Source: an archaeon (GTDB taxonomy: Archaea; Iainarchaeota; Iainarchaeia; Iainarchaeales; JAAZKV01). Taken from it: 42,237 bases of DNA. The notes under the pieces were generated by a model. It made no database searches and had not been told where the DNA came from. It was given only the letters and a program-made list of their open reading frames with translations. The stretch is taken from assembly GCA_036170245.1 (NCBI GenBank), contig JAVHOV010000002.1:1-42237 (forward strand), given 5' to 3'. Positions 8,666-16,252 of the stretch are shown in pieces (position 1 is the first letter of the stretch; every line of letters begins with the position of its first letter). The position numbers and the translations under genes were made by a program.

Positions 8666-9399
8666 TGGATATACAAATAGAAAAAGTACTCACCGAAATC
8701 GGTTTTTCTAACGGCGAAGTAAAAACTTACATCGCACTCCTTGACCTAAAAGAAGCAGGGGCAAGTGAAATATCAAAGAAATCAGGGATTCACAGAGTCA
8801 ACATTTATGATATTTTAAAGAAATTAGAAGAGAAAGGGTTAGTTAGTGAAATAATAAAAGATTCAAAGAAAATTTATCTCCCATCAAACCCTGATCATTT
8901 GGTTGAAGTAATTAATCAAAAAAAAGAATCACTCCTTGAAGTTCTCCCTTTAATTAAAAAGAAATTAACTGATTCAAAAAAAGAACAACAAGTATTTTAC
9001 TTAACAGGAGTGCAAGGAATTTTACAATCATATTACATGATGCTAGCAGAAGGAGAAGAAGTTTTGGGCTTAGGTGGCTCAGGTTACACAAGAAAGCTCT
9101 TAGGATACAAGCACGATTTGTGGAACAAGGTTCGCTTGGAAAGAAAAATAAAAATGAGGACAATCTACTATGAATTCACCCGAAACGATAAAGAAAAATC
9201 TTGGGTTGATAAGACAGTTCAAATAAGGTATTTGCCAAATGAAAAACAAACTAAATGCATGATTGACATTTGCGGAGATTTGGTTGTGAATTTAATTCCA
9301 ATTGAAAACAATGTTCAAGTAGTTGTAATAAAAAATTTGGAACTAGCACAAACCTACAAAATGTTCTTTGATACTATTTGGGGCACGGCTAAAAAATAA
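8665..9399 (+). CDS. TrmB-family HTH transcriptional regulator
   Basis: 'LTEIGFSNGEVKTYIALL...ASEISKKSGIHRVNIYDILKKLEEKGLVSE' TrmB wHTH plus a C-terminal effector domain. Start taken at MDIQ. Confidence 0.88.
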   Translation: MDIQIEKVLTEIGFSNGEVKTYIALLDLKEAGASEISKKSGIHRVNIYDILKKLEEKGLVSEIIKDSKKIYLPSNPDHLVEVINQKKESLLEVLPLIKKKLTDSKKEQQVFYLTGVQGILQSYYMMLAEGEEVLGLGGSGYTRKLLGYKHDLWNKVRLERKIKMRTIYYEFTRNDKEKSWVDKTVQIRYLPNEKQTKCMIDICGDLVVNLIPIENNVQVVVIKNLELAQTYKMFFDTIWGTAKK

Positions 9400-9400
9400 G

Positions 9401-9473
9401 TGCCACTGGGCGGACTCGCACCGCCGACCTCCTGATTATGAGTCAGGCGATCTAACTGCTGATCTACAGTGGC
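9401..9473 (-). tRNA. tRNA-Met(CAT), probably elongator; no intron
   Basis: GCCACTG/CAGTGGC acceptor, GATC/GATC D stem, CCTGA-CT-CAT-AA-TCAGG anticodon arm, GGCGG-TGCGAGT-CCGCC T arm. Lacks initiator features (A1:U72, three G:C pairs). Ile2 is not fully excluded. Confidence 0.85.
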
Positions 9474-9474
9474 T

Positions 9475-9548
9475 GAGCCTTGTTAAGGTTCGCGAAAGAA
9501 TTTATCATTTGCGTTAGCAAATGATAGAAAACTAACTCAAACCGGCTC
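9475..9548. repeat. Tandem-hairpin element in the tRNA-Met 5' leader
   Basis: GAGCCTT-gtt-AAGGTTC (9475-9491) and TATCATTTGC-gtta-GCAAATGATA (9503-9526). The first 23 nt are 19/23 identical to the start of the tRNA-Glu intron. Confidence 0.6.
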
Positions 9549-9587
9549 TAAATAAAACCCCCTTGAAAAGGTTTTAATACTTGCTTT

Positions 9588-10274
9588 TTAGAGTTTTTCA
9601 AGGTAATATACCCAAACTGGGTTTTTGCTTTTTTTATTTTTCTCATCAAATTGCAGTATTTTGAATCCTTCAAAGTGAATTTCCTCTAAGTAGGAATGTG
9701 AGCCTATATCAGTTGTAAAGAGAAGTCTTCCTCCTTTTTTGAGTAGTGCTCTGCAATCTTGGACTGTTTTTGCTAAGTCTTTTGAGTGGGAGATTCCAAG
9801 GTTTGAGTGAATAAAATTGAATGATTCTGGTTTGAATGCTTTTAATAGATTTTGAGCGTGAATGAGTCTCCAATCCACTCCCACTTTTTTATCCCATGAA
9901 GGAACTCTTTTCAGTCCAGTTGCAGTTATTGCAATTCTTCCACCAAATTGTTTTGCCAAATCTTTTGCACAATTCCCTGCCCCGCACCCTACTTCAAGGA
10001 GTCTATATGAAGGATTTTTTTGCAGGTGTCTGGTTACTTCCTTTGTTAGATTCATTCCGTAGTATCTGTTTACTTCACTTAAACCCGCGCTGAATGATAA
10101 TCCCCAATTGTGCTGTCCGGGCCCTTCTTGTAATACTTTTGCCCCAACTAAATCCTTTACTCTTGAGTGTTTTAGTTCTAAAGCCAAAACTTTTCTTGCA
10201 GAAGCTCCTTTTTCTTTGAATTTTCGGACTGAGTTTTCACGAGCTTTTTGTATTGAAGCATAAGGCGTTACCAA
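9588..10274 (-). CDS. Class I SAM-dependent methyltransferase
   Basis: Motif I LLEVGCGAG, 'FKPESFNFIHS' and 'LKKGGRLLF'. TTG start preceded by AAGGAGG. Confidence 0.8.
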   Translation of the reverse strand: MVTPYASIQKARENSVRKFKEKGASARKVLALELKHSRVKDLVGAKVLQEGPGQHNWGLSFSAGLSEVNRYYGMNLTKEVTRHLQKNPSYRLLEVGCGAGNCAKDLAKQFGGRIAITATGLKRVPSWDKKVGVDWRLIHAQNLLKAFKPESFNFIHSNLGISHSKDLAKTVQDCRALLKKGGRLLFTTDIGSHSYLEEIHFEGFKILQFDEKNKKSKNPVWVYYLEKL

Positions 10275-10291
10275 ATAGTTCCCTCCTTAAA

Positions 10292-10966
10292 TTACATGTC
10301 AGGATTATTCATTCTGCTTTTTACAATTAGTTGTGTTCCGTGCAGAATTACTCTATCAGCGTATCCCATAAATAAACTAGTTTCAAGTACCCCTGGGATT
10401 TTTTTCACTTGGTACTCCAAGTCATCCAAATCATACACTTCATCTGGTTTAATATCAACAAAATAGTGCCCTGTTTCGCTTAGCACTGGTTTTTCATTTA
10501 ATTTTCTTAAAGAAACATCCCCAAGGTTCATTAACTGGGTAATTGTTTTATTTACTGCAAATGTACTTACTTCTGCAGAAATAGGCCAGTTTAATCTTGA
10601 AACAAAGTTTTTTTCTTCGCATATTACAATCATTTCAGCTGTATCAAGTGCAATCATTTTATCCCTGATTAGTGAAGTTGTTTCATTTGAAATGTAATTA
10701 AAATCCTCATCCACTTGATCTACAAAGTCAAAAGCCAAATCAACATCTGCTTCATCCAAGGAAATTAAAGGAATTTTTAATTGAGAACAAAGAATTGACA
10801 TTATGTGGGATGTTGGAACAACTTTTATTCTAACACTAGAATTTATTGAATACAAAGCCAATTTCTTCAAAAAAGCTTCATTAGTCGGCCCTGTCCCAAA
10901 AGATACTACTGAATCCTGTTTTATATATTTCTCAAGCAGCGCTTCTATTCGTTCATCAGTAATCAT
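10292..10966 (-). CDS. rpiA: Ribose-5-phosphate isomerase A homologue with degenerate active site
   Basis: Overall RpiA layout (FGTGPT, VPTS, IPGVLETSLF), but DGADE->DFVDQ and KGGGxALxREK->SNETTSLIRDK. Confidence 0.75.
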   Translation of the reverse strand: MITDERIEALLEKYIKQDSVVSFGTGPTNEAFLKKLALYSINSSVRIKVVPTSHIMSILCSQLKIPLISLDEADVDLAFDFVDQVDEDFNYISNETTSLIRDKMIALDTAEMIVICEEKNFVSRLNWPISAEVSTFAVNKTITQLMNLGDVSLRKLNEKPVLSETGHYFVDIKPDEVYDLDDLEYQVKKIPGVLETSLFMGYADRVILHGTQLIVKSRMNNPDM

Positions 10967-11017
10967 ATTAATGAATTCAACAACTTCCTTGAATAAAAAT
11001 CTAACTTTGTAAAAAAA

Positions 11018-12100
11018 TTAGTCTTTTCTCCAATTAACTTTTACATCATCAGTACGCTGTTTTGGAAATATACTAGATTTATTCAAGGATGTTTTATAAC
11101 CATTAGAATACATCAACAAACCGAGCCAACCTATTTGGGCGCCATTGTCAACCATTACAGAATTAGGAGGAACAAATAAAGTTGCATTTCTCTCTTCACA
11201 CATTTTTTTCACCATTTGCTGTAATGCAAGAGAACAACCAACTCCACCACCCAAAACTACTTCGCTTTTTTCAGTGTGAGCCAGAGCCCTTTCAGTTACT
11301 TCAGTTAGCATTGCAAATGCATTATGAAGTGCAGAGTAAACCAAATCTTCTTGTTTTATTTTTCCTGCTTTGACTTGAGGAATTTTATTTGTTGCAGCAG
11401 TAAGTAATCCTGAGAAAGCAAGATCCATTCCCTTTACAGTATAAGGGAGGTCAATTAACTCTCGTGGTGAAGCCGTTGCTTCACTACGCCCCGCAAAAGC
11501 AGATGCTTTTGCAAGGGTTCCCTTAAAATACATTTTATCAAGCGCAGGCCCAGCAGGAAATCCTAAATCAAGCTCTCTACCAAAAGTGTCCAAGAAATTG
11601 CCAATTCCTGTATCAAGTGTTTCTCCAAATACCCTATAATAAGAATTTTCGTAGCAAATGATTTGTGTATTTGCTCCGCTCGCATAAAGCATTATTGGAT
11701 CAGTTGCATTACACAATTTTCTTCCGATTTCAATGTGCGCTACGCAATGGTTTACCCCAATTAAGGGAACATTTGCCTTGAGTGCAACTTGTCTTGCAGT
11801 AACCGCCCCAACTCTTAAAGCATTTCCTATCCCAGGACCTTGGGAAAAACTGACTAAATCGATTTCACTCAAATCTACTTTAGCTTTTTTGAGTGCAGAT
11901 TTAATAACAATTGGAGAACAAGTGTAGTGATGTTCAGCTAGTTCTCGGGGAATCATTCCTCCAGTTGTAGTAGTATAAGAATCTTTTTCATTTGAAAGAA
12001 TTTTACACTTTGACTTTTTGTAATCCTTCTTATCAATATCACTCTCAACTATACTTGCACCAAATGTGTGCGCAGTTGATTCAATTCCAAGCGTTATCAT
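11018..12100 (-). CDS. kae1: tRNA N6-threonylcarbamoyladenosine synthase Kae1 (KEOPS), with an ~18-aa in-frame insertion
   Basis: LGIESTAHT, SQGPG, VNHCVAHIEIG, SGANTQ, GETLD, LPYTVKGMD, GGV, DNGAQI, RTDDV motifs. Not fused to Bud32. Confidence 0.96.
   Translation of the reverse strand: MITLGIESTAHTFGASIVESDIDKKDYKKSKCKILSNEKDSYTTTTGGMIPRELAEHHYTCSPIVIKSALKKAKVDLSEIDLVSFSQGPGIGNALRVGAVTARQVALKANVPLIGVNHCVAHIEIGRKLCNATDPIMLYASGANTQIICYENSYYRVFGETLDTGIGNFLDTFGRELDLGFPAGPALDKMYFKGTLAKASAFAGRSEATASPRELIDLPYTVKGMDLAFSGLLTAATNKIPQVKAGKIKQEDLVYSALHNAFAMLTEVTERALAHTEKSEVVLGGGVGCSLALQQMVKKMCEERNATLFVPPNSVMVDNGAQIGWLGLLMYSNGYKTSLNKSSIFPKQRTDDVKVNWRKD
11463..11524. repeat. Palindromic element inserted in-frame in kae1
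   Basis: CGTGGTGAAGC-cgtt-GCTTCACTACG (11463-11488), GCAAAAGCA-ga-TGCTTTTGC (11493-11512) and AAGGG-tt-CCCTT (11513-11524). Coincides with the extra peptide TLAKASAFAGRSEATASP. Confidence 0.8.
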
Positions 12101-12115
12101 TTTTATTCACCAAAA

Positions 12116-12652
12116 TCATCCAACCAAAAGATATAATGCAATTGCAAACAAATTATAGAACAAGTGCCCTAAATAATTCTGAACTATTGATTTGTTCTGT
12201 TTGAACCAGTAAGCAAGTAATAGCCCTAATGCAAATGCTCCAATCATTTCTGCGATTGAATAATACCCAACGTGTGCCAAACCAAAAAGTAGTGAAGAAG
12301 GAATTATTCCTACGTGGTTTACCAAAAATGCTCGAAAGAAGAATTCTTCAAAGAAAACCAAAACTGCCATTACTACAACATACAATAAAGCGTTCTCCAT
12401 GTTGAGTGCAATTACTTCGCTTACTTTATCCAAATCATTTAACCCTAACAAAGTCAGAATAAATGAAAGCAAAACAAATGAAATCATTAATGCTAAAAAT
12501 AATTTTGCTGAACCGATTAGTTCTTTTTTTGCATCAAAAGAAAATGGAACTAATTCATTTTGTATTTTTTTCCAATTAAGTTTTTTGATAATCCTCAGCC
12601 AAAAGAGAGGGAATATTATCATGAAAAAGAATAGCACAATATCTTCAATCAT
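12116..12652 (-). CDS. CPBP (CAAX prenyl protease/Abi) family intramembrane metalloprotease
   Basis: EEFFFRAF, FGLAH and HLFYN motifs; multiple TM helices. Confidence 0.9.
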   Translation of the reverse strand: MIEDIVLFFFMIIFPLFWLRIIKKLNWKKIQNELVPFSFDAKKELIGSAKLFLALMISFVLLSFILTLLGLNDLDKVSEVIALNMENALLYVVVMAVLVFFEEFFFRAFLVNHVGIIPSSLLFGLAHVGYYSIAEMIGAFALGLLLAYWFKQNKSIVQNYLGHLFYNLFAIALYLLVG

Positions 12653-12749
12653 AATAACAAGATAAATTACTTCTTTAGTTTAAATAACTTATGAAAAATT
12701 AAAAACTGATTAAAATTAGATTAAAAAAATAGAATAAAGAAAAAGAACT

Positions 12750-12923
12750 TTAGTTCTTCTTCTCCATATACCCGCATTTTCCGCATGAATAACGGTCTTT
12801 GTGTGATGCCATGAATACTCCAGGACCGCACTTAGGGCAGAATTTAGTCTTTCTCTTTAATACTCCGCTTGAAACATCATATTGCTCTGATTTCAATTGT
12901 TTTTCTTTTTCTTTTTCAGCCAT
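12750..12923 (-). CDS. rps27ae: 30S ribosomal protein S27ae (eS31); not in the supplied ORF track (57 aa)
   Basis: Manual translation [57 protein letters not shown]. Follows S24e; GGTGA SD upstream. Confidence 0.95.
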   Translation of the reverse strand: MAEKEKEKQLKSEQYDVSSGVLKRKTKFCPKCGPGVFMASHKDRYSCGKCGYMEKKN

Positions 12924-12941
12924 TTTTATTCACCCTTAAAT

Positions 12942-13268
12942 TTACTTCTTAAAATTTGCAGGAGGAGCGTTTTCGCTAGACTCTGCTTTCTTCTCTTTTC
13001 CAAAGTTTCTTGTTATAACAAATTCAGCTTCTGTTTTTCTTAAATCTGCTTCGCTAGCATAAGTTCTGAAATGTATTAATGCGTGAGGAGAACCGAACTT
13101 TGTTTCAACTTTTTGTATTGCTATTGTTTCAACAGGAGTGTTTAGTACTGCTGATAGTTTTGCTCTTATATCAACTTTTGAAGGAATTGTTTTTTCCTCA
13201 ATTTCAGCAACTGCTTCTGTTCTGTTTAATAGTTCGTTCTTTTTCTTACTTAATATTTTCAAATCCAT
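12942..13268 (-). CDS. rps24e: 30S ribosomal protein S24e
   Basis: 'KKNELLNRTE...TIPSKVDIRAKL...TKFG' and conserved gene order. Confidence 0.92.
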   Translation of the reverse strand: MDLKILSKKKNELLNRTEAVAEIEEKTIPSKVDIRAKLSAVLNTPVETIAIQKVETKFGSPHALIHFRTYASEADLRKTEAEFVITRNFGKEKKAESSENAPPANFKK

Positions 13269-13288
13269 TCTCATTCACCTGCTAAATT

Positions 13289-13486
13289 TTACCTGCTTAA
13301 TCTCAAAGCAAACTTTCCTCTTCTTGTGATACCCATTTTCTTTGCTATATCAGATTGTTCGGGGTTCATTATTATTACATATCCTCTCCAGAATGTTGTG
13401 AATGTTTTTTCATTACAGTTAGGGCAAACGTCCCCTTCTTCTACAACGTATCTGCAATTTCTACAAGCTTTTTCTTTTAGCACCAT
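13289..13486 (-). CDS. spt4: Transcription elongation factor Spt4 (RpoE'')
   Basis: ACRNC..CPNC..WRGYVIIMNPEQSDIAKKMGI...GKFAL. Confidence 0.95.
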   Translation of the reverse strand: MVLKEKACRNCRYVVEEGDVCPNCNEKTFTTFWRGYVIIMNPEQSDIAKKMGITRRGKFALRLSR

Positions 13487-13508
13487 TTTACAAACACCCT
13501 CAAGAAAT

Positions 13509-14126
13509 TTAATCTTTACTTTCCCCTTTATTCATTTCTTTTTTAGCCATTTTTTCTTCTTTAGTCTTAGTCTTTGCTTTTGGCCCTTTTTCGTCAATTC
13601 TTCCCCAGTCAGCTTTTCCTAAGAAAGGTTGTCTCATAGTTAATCCAATCTTTGAAGATGAAGTATCTCCTCTTAGAGAGATTGTAACTATTCTAGCTAA
13701 CACATTATCTTCAGGAACTAATTTCTTATCAGTTTTCTTTCCCAAGAATCCTGGTAACTTTGAATCGTAATTAATATAGTCATCCATGATTTGACTTACG
13801 TGGATTAATCCTTCAATTGGCCCAATTCTAACAAATGCACCAAATTCAGTTACTTCAGTTATTGTTCCTCTTACAACTTCTTGTACATTTGGTTTATAGG
13901 TAAGCATTTCTATTTCTGTTTCGTAGTAAGCTGAACCGTCTCCTGGGATAACGTGTCCTACTCCAACTTTTCCAATTCCAGTAACTGCAATTATTACTCC
14001 GTATTCGTCTCCAATTCTTCCTTCGTAATCTTCTCTGCAAATATCTAAGAGTGAGTCCTTAATGTTAGTTCCCAACTTTCTTGGCTGTACTCTTACTTTA
14101 TCCATTATTTTTGTTTTGTAAAACAT
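13509..14126 (-). CDS. rpoE1: DNA-directed RNA polymerase subunit E' (Rpo7)
   Basis: PGDGSAY, FGAFVRIGPIEGLIHVSQIMDD, KIGLTMRQPFLGK. Confidence 0.96.
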   Translation of the reverse strand: MFYKTKIMDKVRVQPRKLGTNIKDSLLDICREDYEGRIGDEYGVIIAVTGIGKVGVGHVIPGDGSAYYETEIEMLTYKPNVQEVVRGTITEVTEFGAFVRIGPIEGLIHVSQIMDDYINYDSKLPGFLGKKTDKKLVPEDNVLARIVTISLRGDTSSSKIGLTMRQPFLGKADWGRIDEKGPKAKTKTKEEKMAKKEMNKGESKD

Positions 14127-14254
14127 TTGCTCACCTTCAAAATAAATAAAATTAATTTTTCCCGAGCCTTTACACTAAGGCAGGATTAATTAAATACTTC
14201 AACGCCAAGTTTAAAAACCATTCCCTTTTGAAGAAAAAAAACTTTATTCTTCTT

Positions 14255-14647
14255 CTATTCCTCAAGTATATCGCTTGTATCAATATATGTTAAACTGCGT
14301 ATAAACACTGTTTTTCCGCCTTTTTGATGCACTCTTCTGCGTAGTTCCTTATCGTTTGTCGCAATAACATACTCTTTGCTTAACTTAAGTATCTCGTCAT
14401 CCACAGAGCTCATTAAACTTTCAATTACCCTTACATTATTGAGTTCTAATATTTTGTTTACAAGTCCAACTTCTTTGTTTATCTTTTTGTCACTTTTGCC
14501 TAAACCCTGAAGTTCAATTAAAACACGGGAAAGAGTATAAAATTCAACAGGAAGTTTTCCTTTTAATTGTTCAAGTCCGAAAATTTTGTTTCTCACCATA
14601 GTGAGCAGAAAATTAGTATCTAAAAGAATTTTTATTTTCTCAGCCAA
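14255..14647 (-). CDS. PIN-domain nuclease (Fcf1/Utp24-like)
   Basis: LLDTNFL...EL...VDD...IATNDKELRRR; conserved position between aIF2gamma and rpoE'. Confidence 0.88.
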   Translation of the reverse strand: MAEKIKILLDTNFLLTMVRNKIFGLEQLKGKLPVEFYTLSRVLIELQGLGKSDKKINKEVGLVNKILELNNVRVIESLMSSVDDEILKLSKEYVIATNDKELRRRVHQKGGKTVFIRSLTYIDTSDILEE

Positions 14648-14693
14648 ATAATCACTCTTTTTTCAAATAAAATTTAATTATTTTTTGAAAAAA

Positions 14694-16220
14694 TTAAATT
14701 ATTTCTCCGTATGCAACAAGTCTCCACTGACCGTTGATGTTTTTACTTAGAGCAACTTTTTCTCCTTTCTCTGAAATTGATTCATTTTTCAAATTAATAG
14801 TAATTGTTTTGGAATCAACTTTTGTAACAAATCCAACTGTAGTATTTGTTCCAATTGTTACAACTAGTGGTTCAGTTACTTTTATTATTGTTTTTTGTGA
14901 CAAAATATCTGCAGCTTCATTACGCTTAGCAATAACATTTGTTTTTGCTTGGTCTTTTGTATTTTGCTCAAGCATTCTTTCAAACATTGTATAATTTAAT
15001 TTTAATTCTTTTACTGGAGAAGGAATAGTTCCCTGTTTTGCAGCAATTTGTCCTCGCAGTTGATCGTTTTGTGCAACACTTGGGTCAAGGTCAGTTCCAA
15101 GAGCAATTAACCCACCAGGGAATGCTTCAGTTACTAATCCATTTGAAGTAGAAATACTCATTACTTTGAATAGCGTTTTTTCTTTTAATCCAGGATTCAA
15201 TTCAATCGTGTCCCCGATTTTTACTGCACCTTGCGTTATACTTCCGCCAATTACCGCACCCTTCAAATCTTTTGGAAGAGTTCCTGGCTTATTAATATCA
15301 AAACTTCTTGCAATAAACATCTTCAAGGGTTTTGTTGTATCAAAGTGAGGAGTTGGAATGTGTGTTTCTATTGCTTCAATCAGCGAATCAATATTTACAT
15401 CAAATGTTGCAGCTGTTGGAATTATTGGTGCATCAGTGTATCCGTATGAATCCAAAAAGTTTCGTATTGCTTTGTAATTAACCATTGCTTGTTCTTTTGA
15501 AATTAAATCAATTTTGTTTTGTGCTACTACTACTTTATTTACGCCGGCAAATTTTAGTGCCATTAAGTGTTCAATAGTTCGTGGTTGAGGGCATGGCTCG
15601 TTTGCAGCAATTACTAGAACCGCTCCGTTCATTAATGCAGCTCCGCTTAACATTGTAGTCATTAGTGTTTCGTGCCCAGGCGCGTCAACAAAACTTACAT
15701 TTCTCTTTGAAATTATTTCTGCTTTTTGTCCTTGGTATTCAGATTTATTAGAATAAACTATTCCGTTTGCTGTTTTTAATTTATAAAAAGTTACATCAGC
15801 ATAACCTAGTCTAATTGAAATTCCTCTCTTCATTTCTTCACTATGGGTATCACACCATTTTCCGCTAATTGCACGAGTAAGAGAAGTTTTACCATGATCA
15901 ACGTGTCCAATCATTCCGATATTTACTTCAGATTGGTGGATTAAATTTTCTTTTGGAGTTTTTGCTTCATGAGTAGTTTCTTTTTTATGCTCTTTATGTT
16001 CATGTTCATGAACAGCTTCTTTTACTTCCTGAACCACTTCTTTTTTGTGCACATGGCTTTCCACATGAACTTCTTTTGCTTCTGGGGAAGAAGAAGGCAA
16101 AATTTCTTTTGCCTCTTTCAATTTTTTAGCCCTTGGCTTTTTTTCTTTTAGTGGAATTGCTTTAGTGGCTACTTTATCATCAACGTTAATTTCTTCCGTT
16201 GCTTTTTTCTTAGCCACCAT
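14694..16220 (-). CDS. eif2g: Translation initiation factor aIF2 gamma subunit, with long charged N-terminal extension and internal insertion
   Basis: QSEVNIGMIGHVDHGKT, RGISIRLGYAD, DAPGHE, QNKID, RSFDINKPG, WRLVAYG. Confidence 0.96.
   Translation of the reverse strand: MVAKKKATEEINVDDKVATKAIPLKEKKPRAKKLKEAKEILPSSSPEAKEVHVESHVHKKEVVQEVKEAVHEHEHKEHKKETTHEAKTPKENLIHQSEVNIGMIGHVDHGKTSLTRAISGKWCDTHSEEMKRGISIRLGYADVTFYKLKTANGIVYSNKSEYQGQKAEIISKRNVSFVDAPGHETLMTTMLSGAALMNGAVLVIAANEPCPQPRTIEHLMALKFAGVNKVVVAQNKIDLISKEQAMVNYKAIRNFLDSYGYTDAPIIPTAATFDVNIDSLIEAIETHIPTPHFDTTKPLKMFIARSFDINKPGTLPKDLKGAVIGGSITQGAVKIGDTIELNPGLKEKTLFKVMSISTSNGLVTEAFPGGLIALGTDLDPSVAQNDQLRGQIAAKQGTIPSPVKELKLNYTMFERMLEQNTKDQAKTNVIAKRNEAADILSQKTIIKVTEPLVVTIGTNTTVGFVTKVDSKTITINLKNESISEKGEKVALSKNINGQWRLVAYGEII
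14901..14966. repeat. Palindromic element inserted in-frame in aIF2gamma (66 bp = 22 codons)
   Basis: Bounded by inverted CAAAATA (14901-14907) and TATTTTG (14960-14966). Core 14914-14948 is 26/35 identical to the kae1 element and keeps the GCAA..CA/TG..TTGC hairpin. Confidence 0.7.
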
Positions 16221-16252
16221 CAAAATCCACCTTTTTACAACACTAAATTATT

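Noticed and set aside
12743..12758. AAGAACT-tt-AGTTCTT palindrome over the S27ae stop codon
   Set aside because: Short and followed by T-rich sequence on the minus strand; consistent with an ordinary terminator region.
14164..14181. GAGCCTT-tacact-AAGGC upstream of rpoE', resembling the tRNA-associated hairpin
   Set aside because: Only a 5-bp stem and no TCGCGAAA tail; too weak to call a copy, though worth including in a genome-wide search.
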